Virus record (IMG/VR): IMGVR_UViG_3300047308_000027
Location: 1 to 25,722 of that record
From: a virus
Taxonomy: Duplodnaviria > Caudoviricetes
Length of the DNA: 25,722 nucleotides
Direction: 5' to 3' (one strand)
Part shown: positions 23,774 through 25,722 of the stretch, in pieces
How positions within the stretch are numbered: the first letter of the stretch is position 1
How the letters are laid out: the number at the start of each line of letters is the position of its first letter
Notes under the pieces: model-generated
Databases searched by the model: none
Told to the model about the DNA's origin: nothing
What the model saw: only the letters and a program-made list of their open reading frames with translations
Position numbers and translations under genes: made by a program

Positions 23774-25722
23774 ATGGCAATCACTACAATTAGCTACGAA
23801 ATTACTTCTGCCAATTATGGCGTTAGGAATTTCAGTTTTCCATTCCCATATCTTATCGAGACTGACATTAAGGTTACCCTTAACAAAGTCCTTACAACCG
23901 AATATACGTTTGCCAATGCTACGGAGATCCGTCTCAATACTGTTCCACCGGTTGGTACTAAGATCAGGATTTTTAGGCTTACATCCTATGAAAACCTTCC
24001 TGCTACATTTTATCCAGGATCTGCCATTAGGGCGCAGGATCTTAACTTTAACTATACCCAGGGTATCTATGTAGACCAGGACATTCAGAACACTTATGTT
24101 CCGCTTTATGATCCTGTTATGCCTGACGACTTGTCGTTAGACGGTAACCAGATCAATAATGTAAAGGATCCTACTAGTGCTCAAGATGCTGCAACTAAGA
24201 ACTACGTAGACACAACTACTGTCGCATCTGCTGGCGATACAATGACCGGTAACCTAGCAATGGGTACCAATAAGGTCACTGGTCTAGGTGAGCCTACCGC
24301 TAACCAAGATGCAGCAACTAAGAATTACGTAGATACCACTACGTGGAATGTCACCAGTGAAACCCTTGACTCAACTGAAACATGGGCTTCTAATGATAGT
24401 GTAATTGCCACTACTGGTGCCACTACTAAGGAAACTGATGGTCGTTATGACACGTTAGTTCAAACAGCTACTCCTACTGGTACAAGTTGGAGAACAGGCA
24501 AGACCTGGCTCCAAAACGACGCCAATAAGACCCTGTCGGTCTGGAACGGATCCGGCTGGCTTGGTGTTGCATCCGGTGGCACGTTCACCACGCAGAACAC
24601 CGTCATCTATGTAGACGCAGCCACAGGTTCTGACAGCAACGACGGTCACCGGATCATCAACCCGATGCGGACCATCAAGGCTGCTGTCGCCAGCGCCTCT
24701 GCTGGATGGACGATCAAGGTGGCACCTGGGGTCTACACCGAGTCACTGCCCATTGACATCACCGTTGCCAACCTCTCCATTGTTGGCGAAGCCCAACGGT
24801 CTTGCTTCATCCATCCAACGGTCGCGACTGAGACCCAGATCATGTTCCGCTGCAACAGCGGCACGTACATCGACGGGTTCACCTTTGCGGGCCTCAAGGC
24901 ATCAGGAACACGGGGTGGGCACCCAATTGACTCCGGTACTGGCACTGATGCTCAGTATGCCTTGCCAACCAATCAGGGCTGGGTGGCCGGATTTCTGCCT
25001 AATTGCACGATTCGCAAAAGCCCCTACATCAACAACTGCACCAACTTTTCCGACAGCGGCATTGACAACAGCGACTTCAATCCAAACAGCACTACTAACT
25101 TCTCCAGCAATGGTGGTGACACGGACTCTGCTCCTACTGGTGGCGGTGTCATCGTTGACGGAAACCTGCCTAGCCCTAGCAGCCCACTGCGGAGCTTTGT
25201 TCTCAACGAGTTCACCCAGGTGTGTCTCAATGGCCCTGGCTTACTGGTGTGCAACAACGGCTATGCCCAAGCGGTGTCGTTCTTTGGTCTCTTCTGTCAC
25301 TACCACGCCAAGGCGTTGAGTGGTGGTCAGATCAACATGGAGGTCGGCACGACTGACTTTGGCACATATGGCTTGATTGCTGACGGCAAGAGCACAACAC
25401 CGATCTTCACCGCTGCATCAACAAGCAGCACAACTGCTTGGACCCTTGTTGGTGGAGTTTATACACCAGGCACCACTACCTTTTCCATTGGTGTTCCTTC
25501 TGCTGGATCCGGTTGGTTTGGTGACGTTAATCGTCCAGCAATCAATATGCTGGCTGAAGTTACGATTGGCGGAACTGTTCAAGGACTATACCCAATTCTT
25601 ACGTCATCACCTATTTACAATGGGTCTGGCGTTCTTACTGGATACAACGTCACCATCAGCAATCCACAGCCAAGCAATCGTTCCGTCAATCTTGGCCTAA
25701 CTGTTGGCTACACATCTGGAGC
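23774..25722 (+). CDS. gp17: Tail fibre/spike protein (T7 gp17-like N-terminus; 3'-truncated by window); not in the ORF track
   Basis: ATG 23774 gives MAITTISYEIT...FSFPFPYLIETDIKV...F.PGSAIRAQDLN (T7-type anchor), followed by DAATKNYVD repeats and a beta-helix-like start (IYVDAATGSDSNDG...PMRTIKAAV...IKVAPGVYTE). Confidence 0.9.
   Translation, partial: MAITTISYEITSANYGVRNFSFPFPYLIETDIKVTLNKVLTTEYTFANATEIRLNTVPPVGTKIRIFRLTSYENLPATFYPGSAIRAQDLNFNYTQGIYVDQDIQNTYVPLYDPVMPDDLSLDGNQINNVKDPTSAQDAATKNYVDTTTVASAGDTMTGNLAMGTNKVTGLGEPTANQDAATKNYVDTTTWNVTSETLDSTETWASNDSVIATTGATTKETDGRYDTLVQTATPTGTSWRTGKTWLQNDANKTLSVWNGSGWLGVASGGTFTTQNTVIYVDAATGSDSNDGHRIINPMRTIKAAVASASAGWTIKVAPGVYTESLPIDITVANLSIVGEAQRSCFIHPTVATETQIMFRCNSGTYIDGFTFAGLKASGTRGGHPIDSGTGTDAQYALPTNQGWVAGFLPNCTIRKSPYINNCTNFSDSGIDNSDFNPNSTTNFSSNGGDTDSAPTGGGVIVDGNLPSPSSPLRSFVLNEFTQVCLNGPGLLVCNNGYAQAVSFFGLFCHYHAKALSGGQINMEVGTTDFGTYGLIADGKSTTPIFTAASTSSTTAWTLVGGVYTPGTTTFSIGVPSAGSGWFGDVNRPAINMLAEVTIGGTVQGLYPILTSSPIYNGSGVLTGYNVTISNPQPSNRSVNLGLTVGYTSG
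24167..24338 (+). repeat. Two coding repeats in the tail fibre (DPTSAQDAATKNYVDT / EPTANQDAATKNYVDT)
   Basis: CAAGATGCTGCAACTAAGAACTACGTAGACAC (24182) versus CAAGATGCAGCAACTAAGAATTACGTAGATAC (24305). Confidence 0.85.

Noticed and set aside
23664-25700. ORFs 23664-24074, 24753-25319 and 25377-25700, and minus-strand ORFs here
   Set aside because: These are alternative frames of the tail fibre gene, which the track missed because it has no stop inside the window.
1-25722. Repeated phage RNA polymerase promoter consensus, CRISPR array, integrase or DGR
   Set aside because: None was detected by eye. A motif search on the intergenic regions would be needed to find phage promoters.

Overview
This window is the middle of a T7-like (Autographiviridae) cyanopodovirus genome, and all credible genes lie on the + strand. 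The gene order is: family A DNA polymerase, endonuclease VII-like nuclease, gp6-like exonuclease, nblA-like gene, DUF3310, MazG-like protein, compact class I ribonucleotide reductase (alpha and beta), portal, scaffold, RlpA-like protein, major capsid, tail tubes A/B, internal core proteins and a tail fibre that runs off the window end. A cyanobacterial host is inferred from the NblA-like protein, the RNR type and the gene order. Five oddities stand out. (1) The DNA polymerase is broken between its proofreading and polymerase domains by an HNH endonuclease gene that fills the whole insert and leaves no room for an intron scaffold. (2) A non-canonical initiator-like tRNA-Met(CAU) cloverleaf sits inside a densely structured ~350-nt non-coding region directly upstream of the capsid gene. 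(3) The gp15-like protein ends in a lytic transglycosylase plus a circularly permuted M23-like peptidase. (4) An extra gene is wedged between nrdA and nrdB and starts with a near-copy of the nrdB 5' end. (5) Tail tube B carries a Cys-bracketed helical insertion. All family assignments come from motif recognition by eye, and no searches were run.
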